Assembly: GCA_036002485.1 (NCBI GenBank)
Contig: DASYTI010000051.1
Span: 1,304 to 65,303 of the forward strand
Direction of reading: 5' to 3'
Length of the DNA: 64,000 nucleotides
Origin: Candidatus Methylomirabilota bacterium
GTDB lineage: Bacteria; Methylomirabilota; Methylomirabilia; Rokubacteriales; CSP1-6
Shown: piece after piece, positions 40,212 to 49,729 of the stretch
Layout of the letters: each line of letters begins with the position of its first letter
Position numbering within the stretch: the stretch's first letter is position 1
Notes under the pieces: generated by a model
Database searches by the model: none
What the model was told of the DNA's origin: nothing
The model's input: only the letters and a program-made list of their open reading frames with translations
Translations under genes and position numbers: made by a program

Positions 40212-41255
40212 TCAGGGAGCAGGCGCCAGCCTGTCGAAAAGTCTGACATAGCCGTCGATCTCGGCCTCCGGACGGAAAACGAGAGCGCGGGTCCGTCCCG
40301 CCGCGCCGAGTCGCGCGCGGAGCTCACCATCCTCGAGGAGCCGCTCGGCCTGGGCGGCCAGCTCTGTCGCGTCCGCGAAGAGGAGGCCGGTGACACCGTC
40401 TTCGATCAGGGCGCGGTTGCCCTCGATGTCCGAGGCGAGCACCGCGCGTCCGAGGGTGAGCGCCTCGAGCACCGAGTTCGGCATGCCGCCTTCGGAGATC
40501 GAGCAGTTGAGCACGATGTCGGCGGCGTGGAGGAGCGCGGGTATGCGCGCATGCGGCACCGCGCCGAGATACCGGCACCAGGGTCGGCTCTCGATCCCGA
40601 GGAACAGCTTCCGACCTTCCTCGGCGTCCAGCACCGGCCCGACATAGCGCAGCTCGAAGTCTGAATGGCGCGCCGCCATGGTATCGAGGGGTCCGAGCGG
40701 CATGAGGGGACGCTTGACGGGGCGAATGCCGGCCGGGAAAAGGATGACCGGTCCCCTCGCGCGAGGCGGGGCCGGTCCCTCCGACGGTGGGAAGACAACG
40801 GCCTGAGGGATCACGACCACTCGCAGGGCCAGCTCGGGCCGCGCGGCCGAGACCCGTGCGGCCACCGAGCCGTGAAACACCGTGAGGGCGGCCGCACCCT
40901 CGAGAACGTCGCGCACCGTCGGTCCCCGCTGCGGGTCAGAGATATCGTGATTGGCGTCGGTGCCCGTGAGGGTGACGATCAACGGGAGCCCGAGCGCGCG
41001 CGCCACGCGCAGTCCGAGTGGCCCCGCGTGAAATGCGTGAAAGGCGTGCACGAGAGCCGGGCTCCACTGGCGGACTTCGCGCTCGACGGTGGCCGCATCC
41101 GTAGCCGAGAGGTCCCAGACCCGCGGCTCGATACCGCGGGCGGACAGTCCGGCGGCGATTCGCTCGACGGTGACGGCATTGCCGCTCGGGGACGGAAAGG
41201 CGAACGGGGTCAGCATGGCGACGCGCCCGATGGTGCGCTCGGTCATGGCGCCCAA
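40212..41255 (-). CDS. glycosyltransferase family 4 (GT-B)
   Basis: 347 aa; C-terminal E..L.LGR.V..SD.EG GT4 motif. Confidence 0.75.
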   Translation of the reverse strand: MGAMTERTIGRVAMLTPFAFPSPSGNAVTVERIAAGLSARGIEPRVWDLSATDAATVEREVRQWSPALVHAFHAFHAGPLGLRVARALGLPLIVTLTGTDANHDISDPQRGPTVRDVLEGAAALTVFHGSVAARVSAARPELALRVVVIPQAVVFPPSEGPAPPRARGPVILFPAGIRPVKRPLMPLGPLDTMAARHSDFELRYVGPVLDAEEGRKLFLGIESRPWCRYLGAVPHARIPALLHAADIVLNCSISEGGMPNSVLEALTLGRAVLASDIEGNRALIEDGVTGLLFADATELAAQAERLLEDGELRARLGAAGRTRALVFRPEAEIDGYVRLFDRLAPAP

Positions 41256-41371
41256 GCCTACAGGGGGGCTGAGGCCGGGGCAACGCGGGCACGCAACAAC
41301 CGGAAGCCCCCGGAACGGGGCTGTGGTATGGTTCCCGCCAGTATCGCCTCACGGGGCGAGGGAGGGGCCTG

Positions 41372-41623
41372 ATGGCCGACGCGCAGGACGAGATGGAGTG
41401 CCGCGAGTGCATGGATCTCCTCGCGGACTACGTGGACGGCGCTCTCCCCAAGCACCAGGCCGAGCTGCTCGAATGGCATCTCGAAGGCTGCGGCCCCTGC
41501 GTCGCCTTCGTGCGCACCTACAAGGGAACGGTCGATGCGGCAAAGCGCCTCAGAGAGACGACCCTGCCCCCCGAGCTGAAAGAGAAGCTGCGAGCGTTCC
41601 TGAAGCGCTCAGTCCGTCAATAG
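41372..41623 (+). CDS. zinc-finger (ZAS, HxxxCxxC) anti-sigma factor, stand-alone
   Basis: 83 aa; C..C plus WHLEGCGPC zf-HC2 signature; no adjacent ECF sigma gene. Confidence 0.65.
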   Translation: MADAQDEMECRECMDLLADYVDGALPKHQAELLEWHLEGCGPCVAFVRTYKGTVDAAKRLRETTLPPELKEKLRAFLKRSVRQ

Positions 41624-41629
41624 TCGTCG

Positions 41630-41999
41630 GAACTGCCTCAGCCCTCGCCTCGCCGCTGATCAACTCAGCCCTCTCCTCAGGGCTTCGCCCTTCAGCTCGA
41701 ACTGCCACGCCTGCGGGATTTACTCGGGCCTCTCCTCGCGGCTGTGCGCTCAGCTCGAAGAGCGGGCCACGTCTCAGCTCGAACTCTCTCAGCCCTCGCC
41801 TCGCCGTGCTCCTCGCCTGCGGCTCGTCGGCCACGTCTCAGCTCGAACTGCGCGGCCTGCTGTCTCCCGCGAGCGGTCTCTCCAAGTAGTTCACCTGCCC
41901 TCGCGAGCGCGAATGTTCCACTTCGAGCGCCGGCTTGGCCGCGCAATCCGTGCGGGGGGAGGCTTCGGAACGGGGGCGGAGCCCCCTCCGAGCTATCTA
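41630..41999 (+). repeat. cluster of interspersed repeats: 76-nt module C (inverted copy of 49786-49860), iterated TCAGCTCGAAC/CTCAGCCCTCGCC motifs, and module B (copy C3) abutting the selD stop
   Basis: 41637-41712 is the reverse complement of 49786-49860 with 2 mismatches in 76 nt. 41903-42000 matches module B of 11741-11830, and the GGAACGGGGGCGGAGCCCCCTCC hairpin lies immediately 3' of selD. Confidence 0.85.
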
Positions 42000-43073
42000 G
42001 CGCACCGCGATACCGATCTCCCCGGTCACTTCACCGATCTCCCAGCAGGGCTCGCCTCGCCGAGCGAATCCGTCGAGGACCAGCGGCACGTCCTCGCGCG
42101 CGATGCCGAAGAGCAGCCCCCCCGAGGTCTCGGACTCGTAGAGCAGCCCCGCCTGCGCAATCGAGATGCTGGAAGCCAGCGACAGGCGGCCACGGGCACC
42201 GAGGGTGTCCTCGAGATGCTGCCTGTTGCGCTTCATGCCCCCGCTCCACTGCCCCTTCTCGGCGAGGACGAGAGCCCCGGGCAGGAGCGGGATGTCCCGG
42301 AACCGGAGCGCAATGCCCGCGCCCGAGGCCTCCACCATTTCCGCCGCGTGGCCCAGGAGGCCGAAGCCCGTGACATCGGTGGCCCCTCTCACACCTGCCT
42401 CCCTCACCACCTCGGCGGCGCCCCGGTTGAGTCTGAGCATGCTCTGCACGGCGCCTTCGAGGACGACCGCGTCGCAGGCATCGTTCTTGGCCGCGGTGGC
42501 GATGACCCCCGTGCCGAGCGGCTTGGAGAGGAACAGCCGGTGGCCGGGCCGTAGCCCGCCCTTGATCAAGACACGCTTTGGGTGCACGCGGCCGGTTACG
42601 CAGAGACCATACTTGGGCTCGGCGTCGACCACGGTGTGACCGCCCGCGATCACGCCTCCCGCCTCGAGGACCTTGTCGGCCCCGCCCTTGAAGACAGCCG
42701 CGATCACGGCCTTGGGCATCTCGCGAGGGAAGCCCGCGAGGTTCAGCGCGAAGAGAACCTCGCCCCCCATGGCGTAGACGTCGGACATCGCATTGGCCGC
42801 CGCGATAGCTCCGAAAAGATACGGATCGTCGACGATGGGGGCGAAGAAATCCACGGTACTGACCACCGCCACCTCATCGGAGACGCGATAGACGGCGGCA
42901 TCATCGCTCTTGCCGAGGCCGACCAGGAGGTCCGGATGCGCATGCTCACGCAGGCTCTCGAGCACGTCCCGGAGATCTCCGGGACCCATCTTGGACGCTC
43001 AGCCGGCGCAGGCCGCGTAGCTGGTGAGACGGATGGCCTTGCCCGTCTTGGGATCGATGATCTGCGTGTTCAT
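41997..43073 (-). CDS. selD: selenophosphate synthetase (selenide, water dikinase) SelD, selenocysteine-containing (in-frame UGA at 43001-42999)
   Basis: The listed 330-aa ORF (41997-42989) matches SelD but lacks the catalytic N-terminus. Extending upstream through one in-frame TGA gives MNTQIIDPKTGKAIRLTSYAACAG-U-ASKMGPGDL..., aligning to E. coli [21 protein letters not shown] with TGA at Cys17 and Lys20 conserved. A palindromic hairpin follows 13 nt 3' of the UGA. Confidence 0.85.
42960..42998 (-). ncRNA. putative bacterial SECIS hairpin immediately 3' of the selD UGA
   Basis: GUCCCGGAGAUCUCCGGGAC perfect palindrome (42966-42985) starting 13 nt downstream of the UGA codon. Confidence 0.5.
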
Positions 43074-43110
43074 ACGCTTGAAAGACGAAGGGGCCGCCGC
43101 GGAGGCGACG

Positions 43111-44004
43111 CTAGACCGACTCGGACTCGACGAAGGCCCGGAAGGCCTCGGCCAGCGGCGAGCGGCTGCGATCGCGATGCGTGGCGATGTAGAACGAGCG
43201 CGGGATATGGAGCCCGCGCACGGTGAGCGCCCACACGAGCCCGCTCCGGCACTCGTCCTCGATGGCCCGCCGTGAGAGAATCGACACGCCGACCCCCGCC
43301 TTGACGGCCTGCTTGATCGCCTGGGTCGAGCCCATCTCTCCCACCACCCGGAAGGAGGAGAGATCGAGACCCGCCTCGCCGAGGGAGGCCTCGAGCGCCG
43401 CGCGCGTGCCCGAGCCCCGCTCGCGCAAGAGCAGCGGCTGGCCGGCGAGCTCGGCGATCTCGACCTGCGTGCGCCCGTGCCAAGGATGCGCCGCCGACAC
43501 GACGAGCACCATCTCGTCGGGCATCAGCTCGCGATACTCGACGCCCCGATGGCCGAGGCGTCCGCCTACCACGCCCAGCTCCACCTTGCCTTCGGCGATC
43601 CAGTCGGCGACCTGGCGGCTGTCACCGATCAGGAGGGTGACCGAGATGTCGGGAAACTTCTCCTTGAACCGACCCAGGAGGGGCGGCAGGACGTATTCAC
43701 CGGGGATCGTGCTCGCGCCCACGGCCAGCTCGCCGACGAGCTTGCCCTGGAACTGATCCATGGCCTGTCGCGCCTCGCGCTGGAGCTGGAGGATGCGCGT
43801 GGCGTGGCTGACCAGGAGCTGGCCCGCGCGCGTCACCTCCGCGCCCCGGCCCAGACGATCGAGCAGTCGCACGCCCAGCTCCTGCTCGAGGGTGCGGATG
43901 TGCTCCGACACCGTGGGCTGAGTGAGGAAGAGCGCGTCGGCCGCCTTCGAGAACGACTTGAGCTCGGCGACTTTCACGAAGATCTCGAGCTGTCGCAGGT
44001 CCAT
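43111..44004 (-). CDS. LysR-family transcriptional regulator
   Basis: 297 aa; N-terminal LysR HTH (LRQLEIFVKVAELKSFSKAADALFLTQPTVSEHIRTLEQELG). Confidence 0.9.
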   Translation of the reverse strand: MDLRQLEIFVKVAELKSFSKAADALFLTQPTVSEHIRTLEQELGVRLLDRLGRGAEVTRAGQLLVSHATRILQLQREARQAMDQFQGKLVGELAVGASTIPGEYVLPPLLGRFKEKFPDISVTLLIGDSRQVADWIAEGKVELGVVGGRLGHRGVEYRELMPDEMVLVVSAAHPWHGRTQVEIAELAGQPLLLRERGSGTRAALEASLGEAGLDLSSFRVVGEMGSTQAIKQAVKAGVGVSILSRRAIEDECRSGLVWALTVRGLHIPRSFYIATHRDRSRSPLAEAFRAFVESESV

Positions 44005-44084
44005 GGCCGGAGTATAGGCGCGGGTTGCGCCAGTGTCTACTGAGAGTGTGGAAGCGAGCCAGCGGAGCGAGGTGCTCGAGATTG

Positions 44085-44320
44085 GGTAGGCGGCTCAAAA
44101 GGGTCCAGGTGCGAGGCGGCGCCCCGCCGTTCGAGTTGAGCGGCGGCCAGCGGCCGACGCGAGGCGAGGGCTGAGTTAGTCCGCACGCGAGCCGTACTCT
44201 CTGTACGTTGAGCGTGCAGCCGAGGGACGTCATATGGTTAGCTAGGTGTGGATAAACTCAGCTGAGCGGTAGGGGTCTCTTCGCGCAAGCGTTCATCGCC
44301 GCAGATGGGCCTGTTTCAGC
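44085..44320 (+). repeat. interspersed mosaic repeat, copy C4 (modules A, C, D)
   Basis: About 90% identical to 30668-30745; carries GTG-initiated mini-ORF 44109-44174; CGCAGATGGGCCTGTTTCAGC module D. Confidence 0.85.
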
Positions 44321-44323
44321 CGC

Positions 44324-44536
44324 TTAGTGGCAGCCGCACCCGCCGCCGCAACAGCCGCCCCCTGACATGGGGGCGGAACCCGCGGCGGCGGCATTGGTCC
44401 GCACGGAGAGAAGCGAGAGGCGGCGCGTGACGCGGGCGCTCTCGCACGAAGGACAGGCGACGGCCGTCGCGCTCGAGGGGACGTACTTCTCGAACTCGCC
44501 CTCGCACTGATTGCAGCGATACTCGTAGATCGGCAT
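44324..44536 (-). CDS. FmdB-family zinc-ribbon protein
   Basis: 70 aa; MPIYEYRCNQCEGEFE...CPSCES plus Gly/Cys-rich tail. Confidence 0.8.
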   Translation of the reverse strand: MPIYEYRCNQCEGEFEKYVPSSATAVACPSCESARVTRRLSLLSVRTNAAAAGSAPMSGGGCCGGGCGCH

Positions 44537-44579
44537 ATGGGTCCGGGTCCCTCGTCCGCTTTCCAGGCTGCCCGCGCGC

Positions 44580-44780
44580 TTACTGGCCGCCGCGCTGCAC
44601 GTAGCTCTTCACGAACTCCTCGGCGTTCTCCTCGAGGATATCGTCGATCTCGTCCAGGAGGTTGTCGAGGTCCTCCTTGATCTTCTTGCCCTTCTTGGCG
44701 ACCTCGGGGTTCGCCCCCGCCGCATCGTCGCCGCCTTCGGGCTTGGTCGGTCTCGTTTCCTTCTTCTTCTGCTCAGCCAT
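44580..44780 (-). CDS. pup: prokaryotic ubiquitin-like protein Pup
   Basis: 66 aa from ATG 44780 (AGGAGGAG SD); C-terminus DNLLDEIDDILEENAEEFVKSYVQRGGQ is the canonical Pup motif ending GGQ. Confidence 0.85.
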   Translation of the reverse strand: MAEQKKKETRPTKPEGGDDAAGANPEVAKKGKKIKEDLDNLLDEIDDILEENAEEFVKSYVQRGGQ

Positions 44781-45051
44781 GAACGACTCCTCCTGAGCCC
44801 GCAAGCGGGCCCGGCGCCGGGGCCTAGATCGTCGGCAGGACTATCCCTGCTGGCCCTGGTACTTCCCCTGCCTGTCCGCATACGCGAATGGCGTGAGGTT
44901 CGTGATCATGCCACAGCGGGCGTAGGTGGACTTCCCCCTGCAGATCGTGAGCACGTTGCGGCGGATCCAGCGATCGCTCACCTGTTCACCCTGTTCGATC
45001 CGTGACGGTCGACCTTCATGCTCGAATGGTATCGCCCGCGTGGAGAAAGAG

Positions 45052-45990
45052 TCAAGTCTCGGCCTCCTCACTCACGGTAACAGGCGACGATCCGGCGGGG
45101 TTCCAGGTCGCTCCCGCCGTGTCGACGGGCAGAGCAAAGGCCCGGCCCCCTCCCCCGGAGTGACGCAAGGCCAGCTCCATGGCGTGCCCGACGGGCTCGG
45201 CGGCGCCTCGAACCGCGGCCAGGAGAGAGGGGCCGGCACCGGAGAGAGCGCAGCCGAGCGCGCCCGCCTCGAGCGCGGCCCGTCGCACCGTCTCCATCCA
45301 CGGAAAGAGCGGCAGCCGCTGCGGCTGGTGGAGCCTGTCCTCCATGCCGAGGCCGAGAAGGTCCGTCCGCCCCGTGCCGAGCGCGGCCAGGAGCAATCCC
45401 ATGCGCTGGAGATTGAAGACGGCATCCGCGCGGGAGACCGTCCCTGGCAGGAGCGCGCGCGCCTCGTGGGTCGAGCTCTGCGCCTCCGGCACGAGAACGA
45501 CCCAGGTGATAGCGGCCGGTACGGGCAACGACACGGCGACCACCTGCTGCCCGGTGGCGCACGAGACCGTGAGCCCGCCCAGGAGGGCCGCGGCGACATT
45601 GTCCGGATGGCCTTCGGCCCGGCAGGCGAGCGCCAGCACAGCATCACGGTCGAGGGGGGAGCCCAGCGCCGCATTGGCGGCCACGAGTCCGCCCACCCAG
45701 GCGGCGGCGCTCGAGCCGAGTCCCCGCGCCAGGGGGATCCGGTTGACGCAGCGTATGGATGCGCCACGGAATCGGCGACCGGCGGCCTCGTAGGCCATGC
45801 GCGCCCCACGTGACACCACATTGTCGGCGCCCGTGTCGAGCCGGCGCGCCCCTTCGCCCTCTATCGAGACGGCGACGCGATCGGCCTCTTCGTAGAGGAT
45901 CTCGTTGTAGAGGCCGAGGGCCAGACCCAGCACGTCGAAGCCCGGGCCCAAGTTGGCCGAGGTCGCGGGCACGCGCACGTCGATCTTCAT
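45052..45990 (-). CDS. thrB: homoserine kinase
   Basis: 312 aa from ATG 45990; GHMP-kinase motifs ([11 protein letters not shown]) and ThrB-type N-terminus ([17 protein letters not shown]). Confidence 0.85.
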   Translation of the reverse strand: MKIDVRVPATSANLGPGFDVLGLALGLYNEILYEEADRVAVSIEGEGARRLDTGADNVVSRGARMAYEAAGRRFRGASIRCVNRIPLARGLGSSAAAWVGGLVAANAALGSPLDRDAVLALACRAEGHPDNVAAALLGGLTVSCATGQQVVAVSLPVPAAITWVVLVPEAQSSTHEARALLPGTVSRADAVFNLQRMGLLLAALGTGRTDLLGLGMEDRLHQPQRLPLFPWMETVRRAALEAGALGCALSGAGPSLLAAVRGAAEPVGHAMELALRHSGGGGRAFALPVDTAGATWNPAGSSPVTVSEEAET

Positions 45991-46134
45991 GACGACAGCA
46001 TACCCGCGGGCCGCTGAAAAAGGCCCATCTGCTTCGTTGGCGCCCTCGATCGCACGCTCAACGTATAGAGAGTACGCCTCGCGTGCCACCTTCGGGCGCC
46101 GTCTCGCATCTGGACGTTTTTGAGCGGCCGGCCG

Positions 46135-46872
46135 CTAGAGGCGTTTGAGGAGCCACTCGGGAGTCAGTGAGATGGCCCACGAATTCAGGATGATGTAGTA
46201 GTTGGTGGCGACGAGCACGCCCACCACCACGAGCAGGACTCCCGCCGTCCGCTCCACGATCGGAATCAGCGGTCGATACCGCTTGAAGAATCGCAAGAAG
46301 CCGCCCAACGCCATGGAGAAGACCAGGAAAGGCACGCCCAGCCCCGCCGAATAGGCCAGAAGCAGCCACACACCCTGGTTCACGGTCTTCTCCGTGCTCG
46401 CGAGGGTCAGGATGGAGCCCAGGATGGGCCCGACGCAGGGTGTCCAGCCGATCGCGAAGGTCATGCCCACGGCGAGCGAACCCAGAAAGCCCGCCGGCTT
46501 GGTGCGGACCTGGACCTGGCGGGTGCGGTCGAGCACCCCCCACTTGAGGAGCCCCGCGATGTAGAGGCCAAAGAGCGCGATGAGCACGCCGCCCGCGATC
46601 CGTATCCAGTCACGGTAGTCGAGGAGGAATTGCCCCGCCGCGCTGAAGGAAGCGCCCAGGCTCACGAAGATGACCGTGAAGCCGGCGATGAAGGCCAGCG
46701 AGTGCAGGAGGACCCGAACGCGCTCGGCCACTAGCAGCTCCGAGCTCAGCCGGTCCACCGACATGCCGGTGACGAAGGAGACGTAGGAGGGAAAGAGGGG
46801 CAGCACGCACGGCGAGAGGAAGGACACCAGCCCCGCCGAGAACGCGACACCGAAGGTCAGGGGCTCAGCCAC
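46135..46872 (-). CDS. ccdA: cytochrome c-type biogenesis thiol-disulfide transporter CcdA/DsbD-core
   Basis: 245 aa from GTG 46872, overlapping the tlpA stop; two conserved Cys in TM1 and TM4 (SPCVLP, WTPCVGP). Confidence 0.8.
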   Translation of the reverse strand: MAEPLTFGVAFSAGLVSFLSPCVLPLFPSYVSFVTGMSVDRLSSELLVAERVRVLLHSLAFIAGFTVIFVSLGASFSAAGQFLLDYRDWIRIAGGVLIALFGLYIAGLLKWGVLDRTRQVQVRTKPAGFLGSLAVGMTFAIGWTPCVGPILGSILTLASTEKTVNQGVWLLLAYSAGLGVPFLVFSMALGGFLRFFKRYRPLIPIVERTAGVLLVVVGVLVATNYYIILNSWAISLTPEWLLKRL

Positions 46873-47410
46873 GGGGCTTGTCCTGCTCGAGCAAGGAACC
46901 GAAGAAGGACACGGCCGACTTGCTGTCCCACTCGCGAGGTCCCAGGGCGAAGGCGTAGAGATTGCCGCTCCGGTCGATGATGAAGGTGGCAGGCACCGCG
47001 CGGGCGCCGTAGAGCTGGGCGACCTCCATCTTCGGGTCGAGCCCCACAGGATAGCTGAATCTGGCCTTGTCGATGAACGGCTTGACCACTTTCGCCCCCT
47101 GAGCATCCATGCTGAGCGCGACGACGACGAGCCCGTGCTCCTTGTAGCGCCGCCAGAGCCGCTCCATGGCCGGCATCTCTTCCTTGCACGGCGCACACCA
47201 GGTCGCCCAGAGATTCAGGAGCACGACCTTGCCGCGGAGCTCCGACAATCGCAGGGTGCCGCCGTCCAGGGAGGAAACCTTGAAGTCCTTGGCCAGTCGC
47301 TGGCGACTGGGCGTGATGAGGTCGAGCGCGCGGGCCGGCTCCTGACCAGCCCCGGCGGGGAGTACGGCCAGCAGGATGAAGAGCACAGTCCACGGCACGC
47401 GGCGCCCCAT
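46865..47410 (-). CDS. TlpA/ResA-like periplasmic thiol:disulfide oxidoreductase
   Basis: 181 aa from ATG 47410; signal/anchor; WATWCAPCK thioredoxin active site. Confidence 0.85.
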   Translation of the reverse strand: MGRRVPWTVLFILLAVLPAGAGQEPARALDLITPSRQRLAKDFKVSSLDGGTLRLSELRGKVVLLNLWATWCAPCKEEMPAMERLWRRYKEHGLVVVALSMDAQGAKVVKPFIDKARFSYPVGLDPKMEVAQLYGARAVPATFIIDRSGNLYAFALGPREWDSKSAVSFFGSLLEQDKPRG

Positions 47411-47483
47411 GGTGGACCGAGTATACATGTCTGGGGCGCCGGGAATCACGGCCCGCGCTTCTGTGATAGCGTACAGGGACTCC

Positions 47484-48662
47484 ATGCCTGTCACTGTCAT
47501 CGCCGATGATCTCACCGGTGCCTGCGACGCGGGCGCGCTCTTCGCCGGCCGCGAGGCGGTCCCGGTCTTCCTGGGTACCATCGCGACCGGCCAGGACTGG
47601 CCGGCCGCCGCCGTGGACACCGAGAGCCGCGCCCTGGGGCCGGCGGAATCCGCCACGCTCATGCGCCGGACCGCGGCGGGGCTCGCCGAGCGTCTCGCGA
47701 ACGGGACCGTGTTCAAGAAGATCGACTCGACCTTTCGTGGCCCCATCGCCGCCGAGCTCGATGCCTTGCTCGACTCGATGGGAGCCTCGGCCGCGCTCGT
47801 CTGCCCGGCCTTCCCCGCGCAGGGGCGCACGGTGCTCAATGGGATGCTGATGGTGGACGGCGTGCCGGCGCACGAGTCGCCGGTAGGCCTCGATCCCGCC
47901 TATCCGGGTCCAACCTCCGATCTCCTCGAAATCCTCAGCCACGGCCTCGCGCATGGGTCTCGGCCCTCGGTTGCCCTCCTTCCTTTAAAGGAGCTCCGCG
48001 GCGGGGCCCAGGAGCTCCGGCGGGGGCTCAGGGGGCGACGAGGGCTCATCGTCGCCGATGCCGAGACCGATGCCGATCTCGAGGCTCTCGCGGCGGGCGC
48101 TTTCGCGCAAAGATCCTTGCTGCTCGCGGGCTCGGCCGGGCTTGCCCGTGCCGTCTCCGCTGAGCTCGGCTTGACCTCTCGACCTGTCTCTTGTCCCCCT
48201 CCAGGGGCGTGGCTCATCCTCGCGGGCAGCCGCCATCCGTCGACCCGTGCCCAGATCGCGGCTCTCGAGACGGCCGGGGTCGCGGGCGCTCGCCTGTCCT
48301 CGGCGGGCGAGGTCGATCTGGACCCCGTCATCAACGCGCTGAGACGAGGTGAGCCCGCCTTCATGGCAAGCCCGGACGGGCCCGCGGGAGCTTCCCGGGA
48401 GATGGCGGCGACGCTCGCGGGCCTCGCCCTGCGGGCCATGGCCGCGGCGCCGGCCATGATCGCGGTCACGGGTGGCGACACGGCGCATGCGCTCATGCGC
48501 GCATGGGGCGCGGCGCGGCTCGAGCTGGTCGGCGCGCCCGCCCGCGGGCTCGCCCTCGGTCGTCTCGTCGCGACCGACGGCTCGACTCTTCCCATCCTGA
48601 CCAAGGCCGGCGGCTTCGGCTCGCCCGAGCTGTACGTGACCCTCGCGCGAGGCGCTCGGTGA
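47484..48662 (+). CDS. four-carbon acid-sugar kinase family protein (DUF1537/OtnK-like)
   Basis: About 392 aa from ATG 47484 (MPVTVIADDLTGACDAG); paired with pdxA-family gene (ATGA overlap). Confidence 0.7.
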   Translation: MPVTVIADDLTGACDAGALFAGREAVPVFLGTIATGQDWPAAAVDTESRALGPAESATLMRRTAAGLAERLANGTVFKKIDSTFRGPIAAELDALLDSMGASAALVCPAFPAQGRTVLNGMLMVDGVPAHESPVGLDPAYPGPTSDLLEILSHGLAHGSRPSVALLPLKELRGGAQELRRGLRGRRGLIVADAETDADLEALAAGAFAQRSLLLAGSAGLARAVSAELGLTSRPVSCPPPGAWLILAGSRHPSTRAQIAALETAGVAGARLSSAGEVDLDPVINALRRGEPAFMASPDGPAGASREMAATLAGLALRAMAAAPAMIAVTGGDTAHALMRAWGAARLELVGAPARGLALGRLVATDGSTLPILTKAGGFGSPELYVTLARGAR

Positions 48663-49699
48663 TGCCCGTCCGCACACCGCTCATCGGCGTCACCATGGGC
48701 GACCCCGCCGGGGTAGGCCCCGAGATCGCGGCCAAGGCCATAGCCACCTCCTCGGTCGCGGCCTCGTGTCGGCCCCTCGTCATCGGCGACCGCTCCGTGA
48801 TGGAAGCGACGCTGTCGCTGTTGCGCTCGCCGCTTCGGCTCCACGTCGTGACGAAACCGGCCGAATGCCGCTTCGAGCCCGGCGCCCTCGAATGCCTCGA
48901 CATGCGTAACGTGGACGCGGCGAGCCTGCCGCGAGGGCAGGTCAGCGCCGAGGCGGGTCGGGCCGCCTATGCTTATATCGAGGCCGCGGTGCGCCTCTGC
49001 CAGTCGGGAGAGATCGACGGCATGGTGACGGCGCCCGTGAACAAGGAAGGGCTGGCCGCGGCCGGCGTGCAGCACTCGGGGCACACGGAGATCCTGGCGC
49101 GCCTGTCCGACACCAAGGACTTCGCCATGCTCCTCATGGGCCGAGAGCTCAAGGTCATCCACGTGACGACGCACGTGGCGCTCCGGCGCGTCCCCGAGCT
49201 CTGCACCGAGGAGCGCGTCCTCAAGGTCATTCGCCTGGCCCAGCAGGCCATGAACGGGCTCGGGGTGGCGCGCCCGCGCATCGCGGTGTGCGGGCTGAAC
49301 CCGCACGCGGGAGAAGACGGGCTCTTCGGCGATGAGGAGAAGCGCGAGATCATTCCGGCCGCCGAGGCGGCACGCCGCGAGGGCTTCGACGTCTACGGTC
49401 CCCTGCCCGCCGACACGCTCTTCTCCCGCGCACGCGGCGGCGAGTTCGACATCGTGGTGGCCATGTATCACGACCAGGGCCACGTGCCCGTCAAGACGCT
49501 CGGCTTCACCTACGACGAGGCCAAAGGTCAATGGACGGGCCTCTCCGGCGTCAACGTCACCGTGGGGCTGCCCTTCCTGCGCGTCTCCGTCGACCACGGC
49601 ACCGCCTTCGACCGAGCCTGGAAGGGCATCGCGAATCCCGAGAGCATGCTCGAGGCCATCGACGTCGCCGTCCGCATGCTCGCGGCCAAAGCGTCCTGA
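48662..49699 (+). CDS. PdxA-family 4-hydroxythreonine-4-phosphate dehydrogenase-like oxidoreductase (PdxA2-type)
   Basis: 345 aa from ATG 48662; PdxA motifs (GDPAGVGPEI, HSGHTE, NPHAGE, HDQG). Confidence 0.85.
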   Translation: MPVRTPLIGVTMGDPAGVGPEIAAKAIATSSVAASCRPLVIGDRSVMEATLSLLRSPLRLHVVTKPAECRFEPGALECLDMRNVDAASLPRGQVSAEAGRAAYAYIEAAVRLCQSGEIDGMVTAPVNKEGLAAAGVQHSGHTEILARLSDTKDFAMLLMGRELKVIHVTTHVALRRVPELCTEERVLKVIRLAQQAMNGLGVARPRIAVCGLNPHAGEDGLFGDEEKREIIPAAEAARREGFDVYGPLPADTLFSRARGGEFDIVVAMYHDQGHVPVKTLGFTYDEAKGQWTGLSGVNVTVGLPFLRVSVDHGTAFDRAWKGIANPESMLEAIDVAVRMLAAKAS

Positions 49700-49729
49700 T
49701 GTTCGAGCCGAGACGCTGCCCGTTCTTCG

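Noticed and set aside
41690-41850. Iterated TCAGCTCGAAC / CTCAGCCCTCGCC motifs examined as a possible CRISPR array
   Set aside because: The spacing is irregular (23-73 bp), the units are degenerate and partly inverted, there is no leader or cas genes, and the same units occur singly elsewhere. This is a composite interspersed repeat, not CRISPR.
41997-42989. SelD read as an N-terminally truncated or pseudogenised copy lacking the Cys/Lys loop
   Set aside because: The missing residues are encoded immediately upstream in frame across a single TGA that aligns exactly with the Sec/Cys17 position and is followed by a hairpin. Selenocysteine readthrough is the better explanation.
44841-45071. 76-aa minus-strand ORF between pup and thrB, and the 22-aa [22 protein letters not shown] tail
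   Set aside because: No SD or start context, no recognisable family, and it overlaps the thrB 3' end in another frame. The region is treated as intergenic with a near-palindrome.
47900-49597. 565-aa minus-strand ORF antisense to the otnK-like/pdxA genes, and 24344-26263 antisense to hscA
   Set aside because: Antisense to motif-rich genes with low-complexity translations.
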